From the NCBI GenBank assembly GCA_902512415.1, contig CABXJB010000003.1:1-51775 (forward strand): a DNA stretch of 51,775 bases, read 5' to 3'. The notes beneath the pieces are model-generated. The model did no database searches. It saw nothing but the letters and a program-made list of their open reading frames with translations, and was not told the DNA's origin. Positions 37,735-47,526 of this stretch are shown here, in pieces (within the stretch, counting starts at the first letter, position 1; every line of letters begins with the position of its first letter). The translations under genes and the position numbers were made by a program. The stretch is from an uncultured Alphaproteobacteria bacterium. GTDB lineage: Bacteria > Pseudomonadota > Alphaproteobacteria > HIMB59 > GCA-002718135.

Positions 37735-37755
37735 GCGCTACTAATAAAGTAGCGC
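37735..37755 (-). terminator. Stem-loop after the aminomethyltransferase gene
   Basis: GCGCTACT-aataa-AGTAGCGC. Confidence 0.6.
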
Positions 37756-37764
37756 CTAGAAATT

Positions 37765-38964
37765 TTAAGCTTTTCCTACTGGAATCTGTTTCTTCGGATC
37801 CCAAAATGGTAAATCTTCTACAACTGATTCTAATTCACCATATGGAGAATTTATAAAAAACTTACATCCTTTATTTGTGTATTCAATAGGAACAAAAGCA
37901 TAAGCAATGTTTTTCTTTAATCTTGGAGAAAAACATTTTGATGTAACATATCCAATTTCTTCACCTTTATCATTATTCACTGGCCAATGATCAGGCACAA
38001 AATAACCTGGTGTGTATGTCGGAGGAACAATTTCTGTTATCGATTCACCTAATATTTCAATTCCTACCAATTTTCTTTTTATTCCTTCCTGTTTAATTTT
38101 TTTTAATGCTTCTTTCCCACAAAAATCAGCTTCCATTTCTAAATCAACTAATCTATCCATTCCTATCTCATAGGGATTATCAGTAACACGCATATCTTGA
38201 AAATAAGAAAAAATTCCTGCCTCTACTCGTCTTATTTGAGAAGGACCAGTTGGTGCAATTTTATAAGGTTCACCAGCTGCCATTATTTTTTCATATAAAT
38301 CTGCACCACGTTTTTCATCACGTAAATAAACCTCGTAACCAATCTCGCCACTCCAACCTGTTCTTGATATTACAACTGGAATTTCATCTATTTCAGTTTC
38401 TTTACACCAATAATATTCTAAATCATTTATCCAAGATCCAAACAAATCAACCATAACATTTTTGGATTTTGGTCCCTGAACTTGCAAAGGTGAAACATCT
38501 GGTTCGCATAAGTTTATATCATATTTTCCATTTCCAGCTACTCCCATTGCCCACAATAACAAGTCACTGTCTGAAATTGAATACCACCAGTGATTCTCTC
38601 CTAATCTTAACAATATAGGATCACTAAGAATTCCACCATCATAGTTGGTATTTAATACGTACTTGCATTGGTTAATCTGACAATCAGATAAGTTTCTCGG
38701 TGTTAAAAGTTGTGTAAATTTGCTAGCATCTGGACCTGTTATTTCGACTTGTCTTTCAACTGCTACATCCCACAATGTAACATCATTTACTAAACTCCAG
38801 TAATCATCTTCTGGTGTATTATAATAAACTGGAAAATACATATGATTGTATGTTGTATATTCTTTGCAACCCCACTTTAAAGTTGATTCAAAATAAGGTG
38901 ATTTTCTTACTCTAGTTCCAAATCCTAAATGTGGCTTTGGAGGACTATTTGTTGGTTTGGCCAT
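37765..38964 (-). CDS. GcvT-family aminomethyltransferase/demethylase (DmdA-like paralog)
   Basis: YNHM, WDVAVERQVEITGPDA, SRTGWSGEIGYE and RRVEAG. Confidence 0.88.
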   Translation of the reverse strand: MAKPTNSPPKPHLGFGTRVRKSPYFESTLKWGCKEYTTYNHMYFPVYYNTPEDDYWSLVNDVTLWDVAVERQVEITGPDASKFTQLLTPRNLSDCQINQCKYVLNTNYDGGILSDPILLRLGENHWWYSISDSDLLLWAMGVAGNGKYDINLCEPDVSPLQVQGPKSKNVMVDLFGSWINDLEYYWCKETEIDEIPVVISRTGWSGEIGYEVYLRDEKRGADLYEKIMAAGEPYKIAPTGPSQIRRVEAGIFSYFQDMRVTDNPYEIGMDRLVDLEMEADFCGKEALKKIKQEGIKRKLVGIEILGESITEIVPPTYTPGYFVPDHWPVNNDKGEEIGYVTSKCFSPRLKKNIAYAFVPIEYTNKGCKFFINSPYGELESVVEDLPFWDPKKQIPVGKA

Positions 38965-39066
38965 ACTAACTCCTTATAAAATTATAAAAATATATGATCA
39001 TTTTTTATTGATCTGTCTAGAAAATTTTACTGTAAATGAATTTTTCTTTTGGATAATTTTAAAGTG

Positions 39067-41487
39067 CTAACTACGCAATCTTTCATTCATTGGATCATAT
39101 GCTATCTGATCTAAAACAAACGCTTTCCTTTTTATTCCTTGAATTTTTATTTCGAATTCTTTTACATTATTAACTATTTCTGCATCTACATATGCAAAAG
39201 CAAGACTTTTATTGACTCTAAAGCCAAATCCTCCTGAAGTAACTACTCCAACTATCTTATTATTATGGTACACAGGCTCATTTCCTCTAGCATCTACATC
39301 CTCAACATCGATCTCAAGATAAACTATTTTAATATCAACTCCTGATTGCAGTTTTTCTCTAAGAATCTCTGAACCAATAAAATTACTTTTTTTATTTAAA
39401 TTAAAAAAACGATCCATACCTGCTTCTATCAAACTAATTTCTCCAGTCAATTCTGTACCCCAACCACGATAAGCTTTTTCCATCCTCAGTGAGTTAACAG
39501 CATAGGTTCCAAAATTGGAAATGTTTTCATTTTTACCTACTTCATAAATTGCATCATATAAAGATTCCATCTGTTTTATTGGATGGTGTAATTCCCAGCC
39601 CAATTCTCCCATATAATTAATTCGAAGTGCTCGTACAGAAACTTTATTAATCTCTATTTCTTTTCCTTTTAACCAAGGAAAATTTTTGTTATCTAATCTT
39701 TCAGAAGTTAGTTGTGATAAAATATTTCTAGATTTTGGTCCTACTAAAACAAGAACTCCGTAATCTTCGGTTACGTTCTTTATTTCAACTTTTTCTTCTT
39801 TATTTAGATTATGGTTAAACCAGTCTAAATCCCTTATTTCTGATGCAGTGGCTGATAGAACATAAAAATTATTATTTGCTAATCTAGTTATAGTTAGTTC
39901 ACTTTGAATTCTACCTATTTTATTAAGCGTGTGAGCTAGAATAATATTACCTTCTTTTTTTGGAACTGAGTTTGCACATAAGCGATCTAGATATGTTTCA
40001 CTGTCCTTTCCTTTAATTTCATATTTTGCAAAGGTGCTTAAATCTAAAATACCTACGTTATGTTGAACATTTGCACATTCTTTTTGTACATAAGGAAAGG
40101 CATTTGTTCTTTTAAAACTATATTCTTCTTTCATTCCAGGTTTTGCAAACCATGTAGGTTTTTCCCATCCATAAGTGTCTAAATACATAGCACCCATATC
40201 TTTTAACTTCTTGTAAATTGGAGTAGTTTTATTAGGTCTTCCAATTTCGATACTTTCATTAGGCATAGGTGTTACATACATTCTTTTGTATTGATCGGTT
40301 GATTTTTGAATAGCATAATCTTTTGTTGTCCAACTCATGTATCTTCTGGGTTCAAATTCCAACATGTTAATTTCAGCATCTCCATGAACTATCCATTGTG
40401 CAAGATATTTTCCAACCCCTCCTCCTTGAGCAATTCCTATACTTGCTGCGCACGCCATCCAAAAATTTTTTAAACCAGGTGCAGGACCAGCTAAAAAATT
40501 GTCATCTGGCGTATGAGTGATAGGTCCACAAATAATTTTTTTTATTCCAACATCTTTAAACTCTGGAATTCTGTTCATTCCTATTTCTAAATGCTTTTCA
40601 ATTCTATCGAGTTCAGGTTCTAATAACTCCATATCAAAATTCCAATCCATTCCATCTAAAGCCCAAGTTTTTGCATCAATTTCATAAGGACCAATTAATA
40701 ACCCCTTACCTTCTTGTCTTAGGTAAGCAGAAGATTCCGGATCTCTTGTAACTGGTAATTCTTTTGTTAATTTTTTAATTTCTGGATGTTCATCCGTTAC
40801 CAAATAATGATGTATCATGTTTATACTTGGTATATTTTTTAAACCAACCATTTCACCAACTTCTGGACAAAAGCTTCCTGCTGCATTAACAACATGTTCG
40901 CAAATAATATCTCCATTTTCAGTAAATACTTTCCATTCTCCTGATGGAAGTAACTTAATATCGGTCACTCTATTATTTCTGTATATCTTAGCTCCACCGT
41001 TTCTGGCTCCTTTGGCCATAGCATTTGTGGTACTCGTAGGATCAGTATGTCCATCTTCTAAAGTATAAAATGCTCCAACAATTCCATCGAGTTTTATAAA
41101 TGGATGAATTTTTTTAATTTCTTCAGGCGAAATTATTTCTGCTGGTGCCCCGACATTATCTAAAATTCCTTTAATATAATGAAACCATTCAATATCTTCC
41201 TTTTTATAAGCCAATCTTAAACTACCACAATCATGAAAACCCGTAGCTTGACCCGTTTCTTTTTCTAATTGTTTATAAAGATTTGTCGAATGTAAATGTA
41301 CTTTAGCTAAATTATAGCTTCCAATCATATGTGGGCATTGACCAGCAGCATGCCATGTAGAACCTGAGGTAAGTTCACCTTTTTCAATTAAAACAATATC
41401 GGTCCAATTTTCTTTAGTGAGGTGATAAAGGAGACTAACACCAAGTATCCCCCCTCCAACTATTACTACTTGAGTATGAGTTTTCAT
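39067..41487 (-). CDS. Dimethylglycine/sarcosine dehydrogenase-like GcvT family flavoprotein
   Basis: GGGILG, ELTSGSTWHAAG, YLRQEG, GELGWELH and NSLRMEKAY. 806 aa. Confidence 0.92.
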   Translation of the reverse strand: MKTHTQVVIVGGGILGVSLLYHLTKENWTDIVLIEKGELTSGSTWHAAGQCPHMIGSYNLAKVHLHSTNLYKQLEKETGQATGFHDCGSLRLAYKKEDIEWFHYIKGILDNVGAPAEIISPEEIKKIHPFIKLDGIVGAFYTLEDGHTDPTSTTNAMAKGARNGGAKIYRNNRVTDIKLLPSGEWKVFTENGDIICEHVVNAAGSFCPEVGEMVGLKNIPSINMIHHYLVTDEHPEIKKLTKELPVTRDPESSAYLRQEGKGLLIGPYEIDAKTWALDGMDWNFDMELLEPELDRIEKHLEIGMNRIPEFKDVGIKKIICGPITHTPDDNFLAGPAPGLKNFWMACAASIGIAQGGGVGKYLAQWIVHGDAEINMLEFEPRRYMSWTTKDYAIQKSTDQYKRMYVTPMPNESIEIGRPNKTTPIYKKLKDMGAMYLDTYGWEKPTWFAKPGMKEEYSFKRTNAFPYVQKECANVQHNVGILDLSTFAKYEIKGKDSETYLDRLCANSVPKKEGNIILAHTLNKIGRIQSELTITRLANNNFYVLSATASEIRDLDWFNHNLNKEEKVEIKNVTEDYGVLVLVGPKSRNILSQLTSERLDNKNFPWLKGKEIEINKVSVRALRINYMGELGWELHHPIKQMESLYDAIYEVGKNENISNFGTYAVNSLRMEKAYRGWGTELTGEISLIEAGMDRFFNLNKKSNFIGSEILREKLQSGVDIKIVYLEIDVEDVDARGNEPVYHNNKIVGVVTSGGFGFRVNKSLAFAYVDAEIVNNVKEFEIKIQGIKRKAFVLDQIAYDPMNERLRS

Positions 41488-42443
41488 TTTATCTTATAAT
41501 GTAAAATTCTTCCAATAGCGTTCATTAACAATTGAGCAGCAAGAGTAGAAGTAGAAAATGTTAAATCATAATCAGGAGCAACTTCAACTAAGTCCATTCC
41601 AATAACTTCACCTCTTTGAATTATCGCATCAAGCAATTCAAGAATTTCATAATAATAAAAACCTCCATGACTAGGAGTACCTGTACCTGGAGCAATAGAA
41701 GGATCAAAAGCATCTATATCTATCGAAATATAATATCTTTTATTTTTAGGAACAGATTCTAATATTTTTTTTAAACCTAGATTGCGAAATTGCCTAACAG
41801 AAAAAATTGATGAACCACGTGCTCTAGCATCCGTGTATCCATCTTTAGCAGTTGAAGAAACATTTCTAATACCAATTTGTGTCATGCCTGTTACATATTT
41901 TTTTTCAGAAGCTCTGCGCATTGGATTGCCATGCCCATAACGAACTCCATGTCTTTCATCTACAAAATCTAAGTGGGCATCTATTTGTATAAGATGAAAT
42001 TCATCTTCATTTTCGAATGCATCAATACAAGGTATATTAACTGAATGATCGCCTCCTAATATTATTGGAATAGCTTTTGCCTGTAATATTTTTTGTACAC
42101 CATATTTAATATTTTCATGACTTTTTACCGTATCAGTATGGATAATATCGGCATCTCCTAAATCAACTATATTAGTAGTCTCTGATGGAAGATAGGTAAT
42201 ATCGTCTTCATGATCATAGGCTCCTGCATGACCAAAAGAAAATAAAGTTGAAGCTTCCCTTATACCTCTAGGCCCCATTCGAGCACCTGATCTAAACTGA
42301 CTGCCAAAATCAAATGGTGCTCCTAAAATTGCCACATCAGCATTTATTCTATCCCAACTTTCTTGATAAGGATATTTACCGAAGGTACAAATACCAACAA
42401 ATGGTAAATTTAACCTTCCCTTATCATAGCTGTTACTTGTCAT
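41484..42443 (-). CDS. Ureohydrolase (agmatinase/guanidinobutyrase family)
   Basis: GAPFD, GGDHS, DAHLD, DIDAFDPSIAPGTGTP and VEVAP. Confidence 0.92.
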   Translation of the reverse strand: MTSNSYDKGRLNLPFVGICTFGKYPYQESWDRINADVAILGAPFDFGSQFRSGARMGPRGIREASTLFSFGHAGAYDHEDDITYLPSETTNIVDLGDADIIHTDTVKSHENIKYGVQKILQAKAIPIILGGDHSVNIPCIDAFENEDEFHLIQIDAHLDFVDERHGVRYGHGNPMRRASEKKYVTGMTQIGIRNVSSTAKDGYTDARARGSSIFSVRQFRNLGLKKILESVPKNKRYYISIDIDAFDPSIAPGTGTPSHGGFYYYEILELLDAIIQRGEVIGMDLVEVAPDYDLTFSTSTLAAQLLMNAIGRILHYKIK

Positions 42444-42568
42444 AATTTATTGATATATCATTTATATATAAACTAAATATTTAATATTAAACAAGTTCAT
42501 TTTATTTTTATTAAGCTTGTGATAGAGTTGAGAGAGATCAAAATCTAATTTTTTTATAAATATTCATT

Positions 42569-43642
42569 ATGCCAAATCAAATTTATAAAGGACTTCCTTC
42601 AATAGCCTACAATAATAAAGATTTTTGGGATAAGGAAAGTAATACAGTGTTTTCAAATAGTTGGGTATTTGTTGGCTTCACTCATGAATTAAAAAATATA
42701 GGAGATGCTCTTCCGGTTACTGTAGCAGAACAACCTATACTGCTTTTAAAAAATTCCAAAGGTGCGATATTGGCTTTTCATAATGTCTGCAGTCACCGTT
42801 GCTTAAAATTAGTGGATCAAAGAAAAAATATTGGCAAAATAATTAACTGTCCGTATCATGCATGGTGCTACGATCTTGATGGAAACTTGCTTGCCTCTCC
42901 ACACTTCGGAGGCACAAATAATCACAAACCAAAAGGATTTGATACTAAAAAAAATGGCCTTAGATCAGTACGTATCCATATTTGGAATGATTGGATTTTT
43001 ATTAATTTAAATAAAAAAGCCCTACCATTTAATAAATATGCATCTTCGTTAATTAAACAACTTAAAGAAATTGATCTTAACAAAATTAAACCTGTTGCAA
43101 CATTAGATTTTGGTGAAATTAAAACAAATTGGAAATTTCTTATTGAAAATTATATTGAACCATACCATGTGCAATTTGTTCACAGAAAAACAACAAGTCA
43201 ACCTCTGAAGGATCACTATACTATTGTTGAAGGTATGTGTTATGGAAGCGGTGTTGATTTAAAAGAGGAAAATACTTCAGCAAATAGTTTAGCTGTAAGC
43301 TCAAAATATCTTTCATTGTTTCCCAACTTTATTATTGGCACCTATTATCCAGGGCAAGTTGGGGTACATCTTAATATGCCTGTTGCACCCGGGATAACGC
43401 ACCAAAAAAGAGTTATTTATACAACAGATGGTAATAATCTTACAAAAAAAGAAGTTTCCCAAATACGAGATCTTTGGTGGAAGGTTCATAAAGAAGATCA
43501 TGAAATATGTGAGAGATTGCAATTAGGTAGATCATCACCTGTATCAAAAGAAGGTGGGTTATTATCTCCATATTGGGAAAATAGTGTTCGAACATTTCAG
43601 CAAATTGTGGTTAAACACATAAATAAATCAACAAAAAGATAA
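42569..43642 (+). CDS. Rieske non-heme iron oxygenase alpha subunit (choline monooxygenase/CntA-like group)
   Basis: CSH...CPYH Rieske ligands, ENYIEPYHVQFVH and EDHEICERLQ mononuclear Fe motifs. Confidence 0.9.
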   Translation: MPNQIYKGLPSIAYNNKDFWDKESNTVFSNSWVFVGFTHELKNIGDALPVTVAEQPILLLKNSKGAILAFHNVCSHRCLKLVDQRKNIGKIINCPYHAWCYDLDGNLLASPHFGGTNNHKPKGFDTKKNGLRSVRIHIWNDWIFINLNKKALPFNKYASSLIKQLKEIDLNKIKPVATLDFGEIKTNWKFLIENYIEPYHVQFVHRKTTSQPLKDHYTIVEGMCYGSGVDLKEENTSANSLAVSSKYLSLFPNFIIGTYYPGQVGVHLNMPVAPGITHQKRVIYTTDGNNLTKKEVSQIRDLWWKVHKEDHEICERLQLGRSSPVSKEGGLLSPYWENSVRTFQQIVVKHINKSTKR

Positions 43643-43656
43643 TAAAGGAAACCTAT

Positions 43657-44079
43657 ATGGAACAAGATAAAATATTTGATGGATTTAGGTTGGCACATAC
43701 AATGCTGAGGGTTCAAAATCTTGACCTGTCATTAAAATTTTATTGTGAAATATTAGGTATGAAAGTTCTACGCAAAACTGATTATTCTGATGGAAAATTC
43801 ACAAATACTTTTATAGGTTATGGTCCTGAGGGAGAATTTCCTACCTTGGAACTGACTCATAATTGGGATCAAAAAGAGCCTTACGATAAGGGAAATGGTT
43901 GGGGTCACATTTGTATTGAAACCCCTGATGTTTACAAAGCGTGTGAAAATTTATCATCTGCTGGAATAAAAATTACAAGACCACCTGGACCAATGAAGCA
44001 TGGAACAAGAGTAATAGCTTTTTGTGAAGATCCTGATGGTTATAAAGTTGAATTAAACGAAAAAATACAATCTTCTTAA
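43657..44079 (+). CDS. gloA: Lactoylglutathione lyase (glyoxalase I)
   Basis: HTMLRV, LELTHNW, GWGHI and IAFCEDPDGYKVEL. Confidence 0.9.
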   Translation: MEQDKIFDGFRLAHTMLRVQNLDLSLKFYCEILGMKVLRKTDYSDGKFTNTFIGYGPEGEFPTLELTHNWDQKEPYDKGNGWGHICIETPDVYKACENLSSAGIKITRPPGPMKHGTRVIAFCEDPDGYKVELNEKIQSS

Positions 44080-44095
44080 AGAAAGGGAAATTTTT

Positions 44096-44494
44096 ATGGG
44101 TAATAAACCTCAATTATACAAATTTAAAGATATAGAGCATCGGTTACACACTTTAGAACCTGGTCAAACTTATATTAAACCGTTTGTAACTTCAAAAGTA
44201 AGTGACACTATGTGCGGAGGGTTAAATTTTTTAAACAAAATATCAGTACCATGGGATTTAACATGTGATGAAATTATATATTGCATGAAAGGTTCTTTCA
44301 GACTTACTTGTGATGGCGAATCATATGTTTGTAATCCAGGAGATGTTCTGTATGTCCCAAGAGATAATCATATAGCGTATGAATGCGATGAGAAATGTGT
44401 AATTTTCTATGCTGCCTATCCACATGATTGGAAGAAAAAAGCTGGACTTACTCATGTGCCAGGAATTGATCCTGAAGATATGGGTATAGAATAA
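44096..44494 (+). CDS. EutQ-like cupin
   Basis: WDLTCDEIIYCMKG...PGDVLYVP...YAAYPHDW resembles EutQ-type cupins. Confidence 0.7.
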   Translation: MGNKPQLYKFKDIEHRLHTLEPGQTYIKPFVTSKVSDTMCGGLNFLNKISVPWDLTCDEIIYCMKGSFRLTCDGESYVCNPGDVLYVPRDNHIAYECDEKCVIFYAAYPHDWKKKAGLTHVPGIDPEDMGIE

Positions 44495-44518
44495 AAGAAT
44501 TTAAGGAGGATAATAGAA

Positions 44519-45934
44519 ATGAATAAAATTTATTATGAAAGTTTATTAAAAGCAATAGAAAGAAATAAACCTAACATAGCTTCAACTAAAAAAAGACTAG
44601 AAGATGCTGGTGTAAAATATGTTTTATCAAGTTGGATTGACATGCACGGTATTCCAAAAACTAAACCTGTGCCAATGAGTGATTTTGAAGCTTTATGTAT
44701 GGGGAAAGGTCCTCAGTTTGCTGTTCATTCAATTTCTTTTGTTCCAGAATTAACTCCGGCTGATTCTGATCAAGTTATGCTTCCTGATCTTAATTCTGTT
44801 TATATTTGTCCATGGGATAAAACAACAGCCATAATATTTGCAGACTTATTTTGGGAAGATGCACCCTATAATGTTTGTCCAAGACAGGCTCTTAAAAAAA
44901 TTATTCAAGAAAAACAAGATCAAGGATACCAAGGTTTTGCAGGTATTGAGCCTGAATTTATTGTAATGAAATACAATGAAAAAGGTGAGCCAGTCAAAGC
45001 AATAGATAACGATCCTCCTCATGGTATTCAACCAAGAAGACAAGCATTTGGCTATGATGTAGAGTATTCTTTAGACTCAATGCATTTTTTAAAAGAAATG
45101 ATTGATATATTGGGTGAATTAGGATGGGACTTACATGATGTTGTTGCTGAGGGCGCTTATTCTCAATTTGAATTAGATTTTCATTATACTGATTTGCTTC
45201 AAATGGCAGATAGATTAGTATTTTTAAAAATACTTTTAAAAGAAATAGCAAAAAAACATGATATGTTTGTAACTTTCATGCCAAAACCTACTATCGGGGA
45301 TTGGCGATCAGGAGGACATATAAATTTTTCACTTAACGATATTAAGAAAAATGCAAATGTTTTTAAAGACGGTGATAAATGGTCTCAAGATGCAATGCAT
45401 GCGGTTGGTGGTTTACTTGCTCATTCAGAAGCCATAACAGCTATCACTTGCCCTACAGTAAATTCATATAATGGATTGGTACCAACAGTTGGTGGTTTTG
45501 AAGGAGGGGTTCATACTTGGGCACCAACTAACATTACATATGGACATAATAATCGTTCTGCTCAGTTTAGATTACCACAAAATAGATATTGTATAGAGAA
45601 CCGTGCAGCTGATTTAACAATGAATGTTTATTTGGCACTTGGCATGACTATATCAGCCGCAGTAGATGGCATTCAAAATAAAACTGATCCTGGTAAGCCT
45701 TCCGACTTTGATCTGTATACTTTAAAAGATGAGGATATGAAAAAACTTGGTATTAGACGTCTTCCTCGAAACTTACTGCAAGCAACTGCAGCTTTACAAA
45801 AAGATAAACTTGCAGAAAAAGTAATGGGTAAAGTTATGTTAAATTCCTATGTTCAGTATAAAAATGATGAATGGGAAAGATATCATCAGGCTGTTACCGA
45901 CTGGGAAGTAAAAGAATATCTAAGGTTATATTAA
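44519..45934 (+). CDS. Glutamine synthetase-like gamma-glutamylamide ligase
   Basis: GIEPEF, EGAYSQFE, TFMPKP, SGGH, NNRS and IENR. The N-terminal region diverges from GSI. Confidence 0.88.
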   Translation: MNKIYYESLLKAIERNKPNIASTKKRLEDAGVKYVLSSWIDMHGIPKTKPVPMSDFEALCMGKGPQFAVHSISFVPELTPADSDQVMLPDLNSVYICPWDKTTAIIFADLFWEDAPYNVCPRQALKKIIQEKQDQGYQGFAGIEPEFIVMKYNEKGEPVKAIDNDPPHGIQPRRQAFGYDVEYSLDSMHFLKEMIDILGELGWDLHDVVAEGAYSQFELDFHYTDLLQMADRLVFLKILLKEIAKKHDMFVTFMPKPTIGDWRSGGHINFSLNDIKKNANVFKDGDKWSQDAMHAVGGLLAHSEAITAITCPTVNSYNGLVPTVGGFEGGVHTWAPTNITYGHNNRSAQFRLPQNRYCIENRAADLTMNVYLALGMTISAAVDGIQNKTDPGKPSDFDLYTLKDEDMKKLGIRRLPRNLLQATAALQKDKLAEKVMGKVMLNSYVQYKNDEWERYHQAVTDWEVKEYLRLY

Positions 45935-45964
45935 TTAATATAAAATAGATTATATTTTACTATA

Positions 45965-46981
45965 ATGAATATTAATGATTATGAAATTTATAATCTTGGT
46001 AATGTAGAGCTTGTATCAGGTGAAACTTTACTTTCGGCTAAGCTAGCTTATAAAACATACGGTTCATTAAATTCAGATAAAAGTAATGTAATAGTTTTAC
46101 CTACTTTTTATACTGGTACTCATAATAGAAATGAAGGTTTCTTTGGTACGAATAGAGCTATTAATCCTGATAAGCATTTTATAATATCTATAAATTTATT
46201 TGGAAATGGCTTATCTTCATCTCCAAGCAATGCAGATGAAAAACAAAAAGGTTCACAATTTCCTTCAATTTCTTTGTTTGATAATGTTGCTTGCCAACAC
46301 AAACTTTTAACGAAGCATTTAAATATTAACAAAATTGCATTAGTAACTGGATGGTCCATGGCAGGTTGCCAATCCTATCAATGGGCTTCTCAATATCCAG
46401 ATATGGTTGATGCCATCTTACCTTTTTGTGCTTCAGCCAAAACTTCAGAACATAATTTTGTTTTTTTAGAAGGTGTTAAAGCTGCCCTTTGTGCTGATCC
46501 AGCTTGGAATAATGGTAATTATTCTTCACCTCCACTTAGAGGTTTAAAAGCTTTTGGAAGAGTTTACGCTGGTTGGGCTTTTTCTCAGTCTTTTTTTAGA
46601 GAAAAGGCATATAAAATTTTAGGTTTCCAAAATGTTGAAGAATTATTAGTTGATTGGGAAAATGATCATGTCAGCAATTGGGATGCAAATAATCTTTTAA
46701 CAAAACTATTAACCTGGCAAAAAGGAGATATTTCTGTTGGAAAAAAATATAATGGTAATTTTATAGAAGCGCTAAAAAGTATTAAAGCTAAGACTATAAT
46801 TATGCCATGTAGCCACGATCTATATTTCCCGCCTGAAGATAATGAATTTGAAATCAAACATATTAAAAACTCTGAATTAAGAACTTACAACTCCATCTGG
46901 GGGCATTGTGTTGCCAATCCAGGGAATGATAAAGGTTTTGAAATTGCACTAGATCAAGCAGTTAATGACCTTTTAGGATAA
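45965..46981 (+). CDS. Alpha/beta hydrolase, homoserine acetyltransferase (MetX)-like
   Basis: LAYKTYGSLN, FGNGLSSSPSN, GWSMAG, DLYFP and WGH. Confidence 0.85.
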   Translation: MNINDYEIYNLGNVELVSGETLLSAKLAYKTYGSLNSDKSNVIVLPTFYTGTHNRNEGFFGTNRAINPDKHFIISINLFGNGLSSSPSNADEKQKGSQFPSISLFDNVACQHKLLTKHLNINKIALVTGWSMAGCQSYQWASQYPDMVDAILPFCASAKTSEHNFVFLEGVKAALCADPAWNNGNYSSPPLRGLKAFGRVYAGWAFSQSFFREKAYKILGFQNVEELLVDWENDHVSNWDANNLLTKLLTWQKGDISVGKKYNGNFIEALKSIKAKTIIMPCSHDLYFPPEDNEFEIKHIKNSELRTYNSIWGHCVANPGNDKGFEIALDQAVNDLLG

Positions 46982-47020
46982 TTATTTAAATTTAAATCCA
47001 ATTTTGTATAATATATAAAA

Positions 47021-47269
47021 ATGAATATAAAATTAATCAAAGAAAAATGGATTAAATTTTATAAAAGAGGTTTTATAACTGGTTTGATGGTTTTGTGTTT
47101 TTTATGTCTCATAGACCAAACTCTACAAACACCGTTTTTTTTCAATAAACTAGACAGTAGTAATATTATGCTCACTCTTTCTTTTATTTTATTTGGATCA
47201 GTTTTTTGTGGAATAATAAGTTTTATTTTTTTAATAATTATATCTATTGTAACTGTTCCTAAAAAATAA
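47021..47269 (+). CDS. Hypothetical small membrane protein (2 TM)
   Basis: 82-aa ORF with two hydrophobic segments that fills an intergenic gap. Confidence 0.6.
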   Translation: MNIKLIKEKWIKFYKRGFITGLMVLCFLCLIDQTLQTPFFFNKLDSSNIMLTLSFILFGSVFCGIISFIFLIIISIVTVPKK

Positions 47270-47283
47270 TTATATTTGGATTA

Positions 47284-47451
47284 TTATTTTTTTTTAAAAA
47301 AATCTTTTAAATAAAATTCATTATCTTTTTTTGCTAATTTTCGAAGTAATAAAAACATTATGATAGCCCATAAAATTATTACAATTATTTTGTATTCAAA
47401 ACCTAATTGATAAATATTGCTTAAAAAGTTTTCAATAATTTTATAATTCAT
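47284..47451 (-). CDS. Hypothetical 55-aa single-pass membrane protein (not in ORF track)
   Basis: Manual translation MNYKIIENFLSNIYQLGFEYKIIVIILWAIIMFLLLRKLAKKDNEFYLKDFFKKK. Fills the gap, but no SD. Confidence 0.4.
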   Translation of the reverse strand: MNYKIIENFLSNIYQLGFEYKIIVIILWAIIMFLLLRKLAKKDNEFYLKDFFKKK

Positions 47452-47482
47452 ATTAAATAATTTATCTTACATGCATAATTAA

Positions 47483-47510
47483 AAAAGGGCAGTAAAAATA
47501 CTGCCCTTTT
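47483..47510. terminator. Rho-independent terminator closing the amt unit (potentially bidirectional)
   Basis: AAAAGGGCAGTA-aaaa-TACTGCCCTTTT with A/T tails. Confidence 0.85.
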
Positions 47511-47526
47511 AATTTATAAAATAAGT

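Noticed and set aside
37765-38964. Gene symbol dmdA or gcvT
   Set aside because: Divergent N-terminus, and no dmdBCD or gcvHP neighbours.
38990-39025. GATC-containing short inverted repeats in several spacers (38995-39013, 27158, 42536, 49209)
   Set aside because: Arms are only 4-5 bp, which is expected by chance.
45965-46981. metX call
   Set aside because: It lacks the HALTG motif typical of true homoserine acetyltransferases and has no methionine-pathway context.
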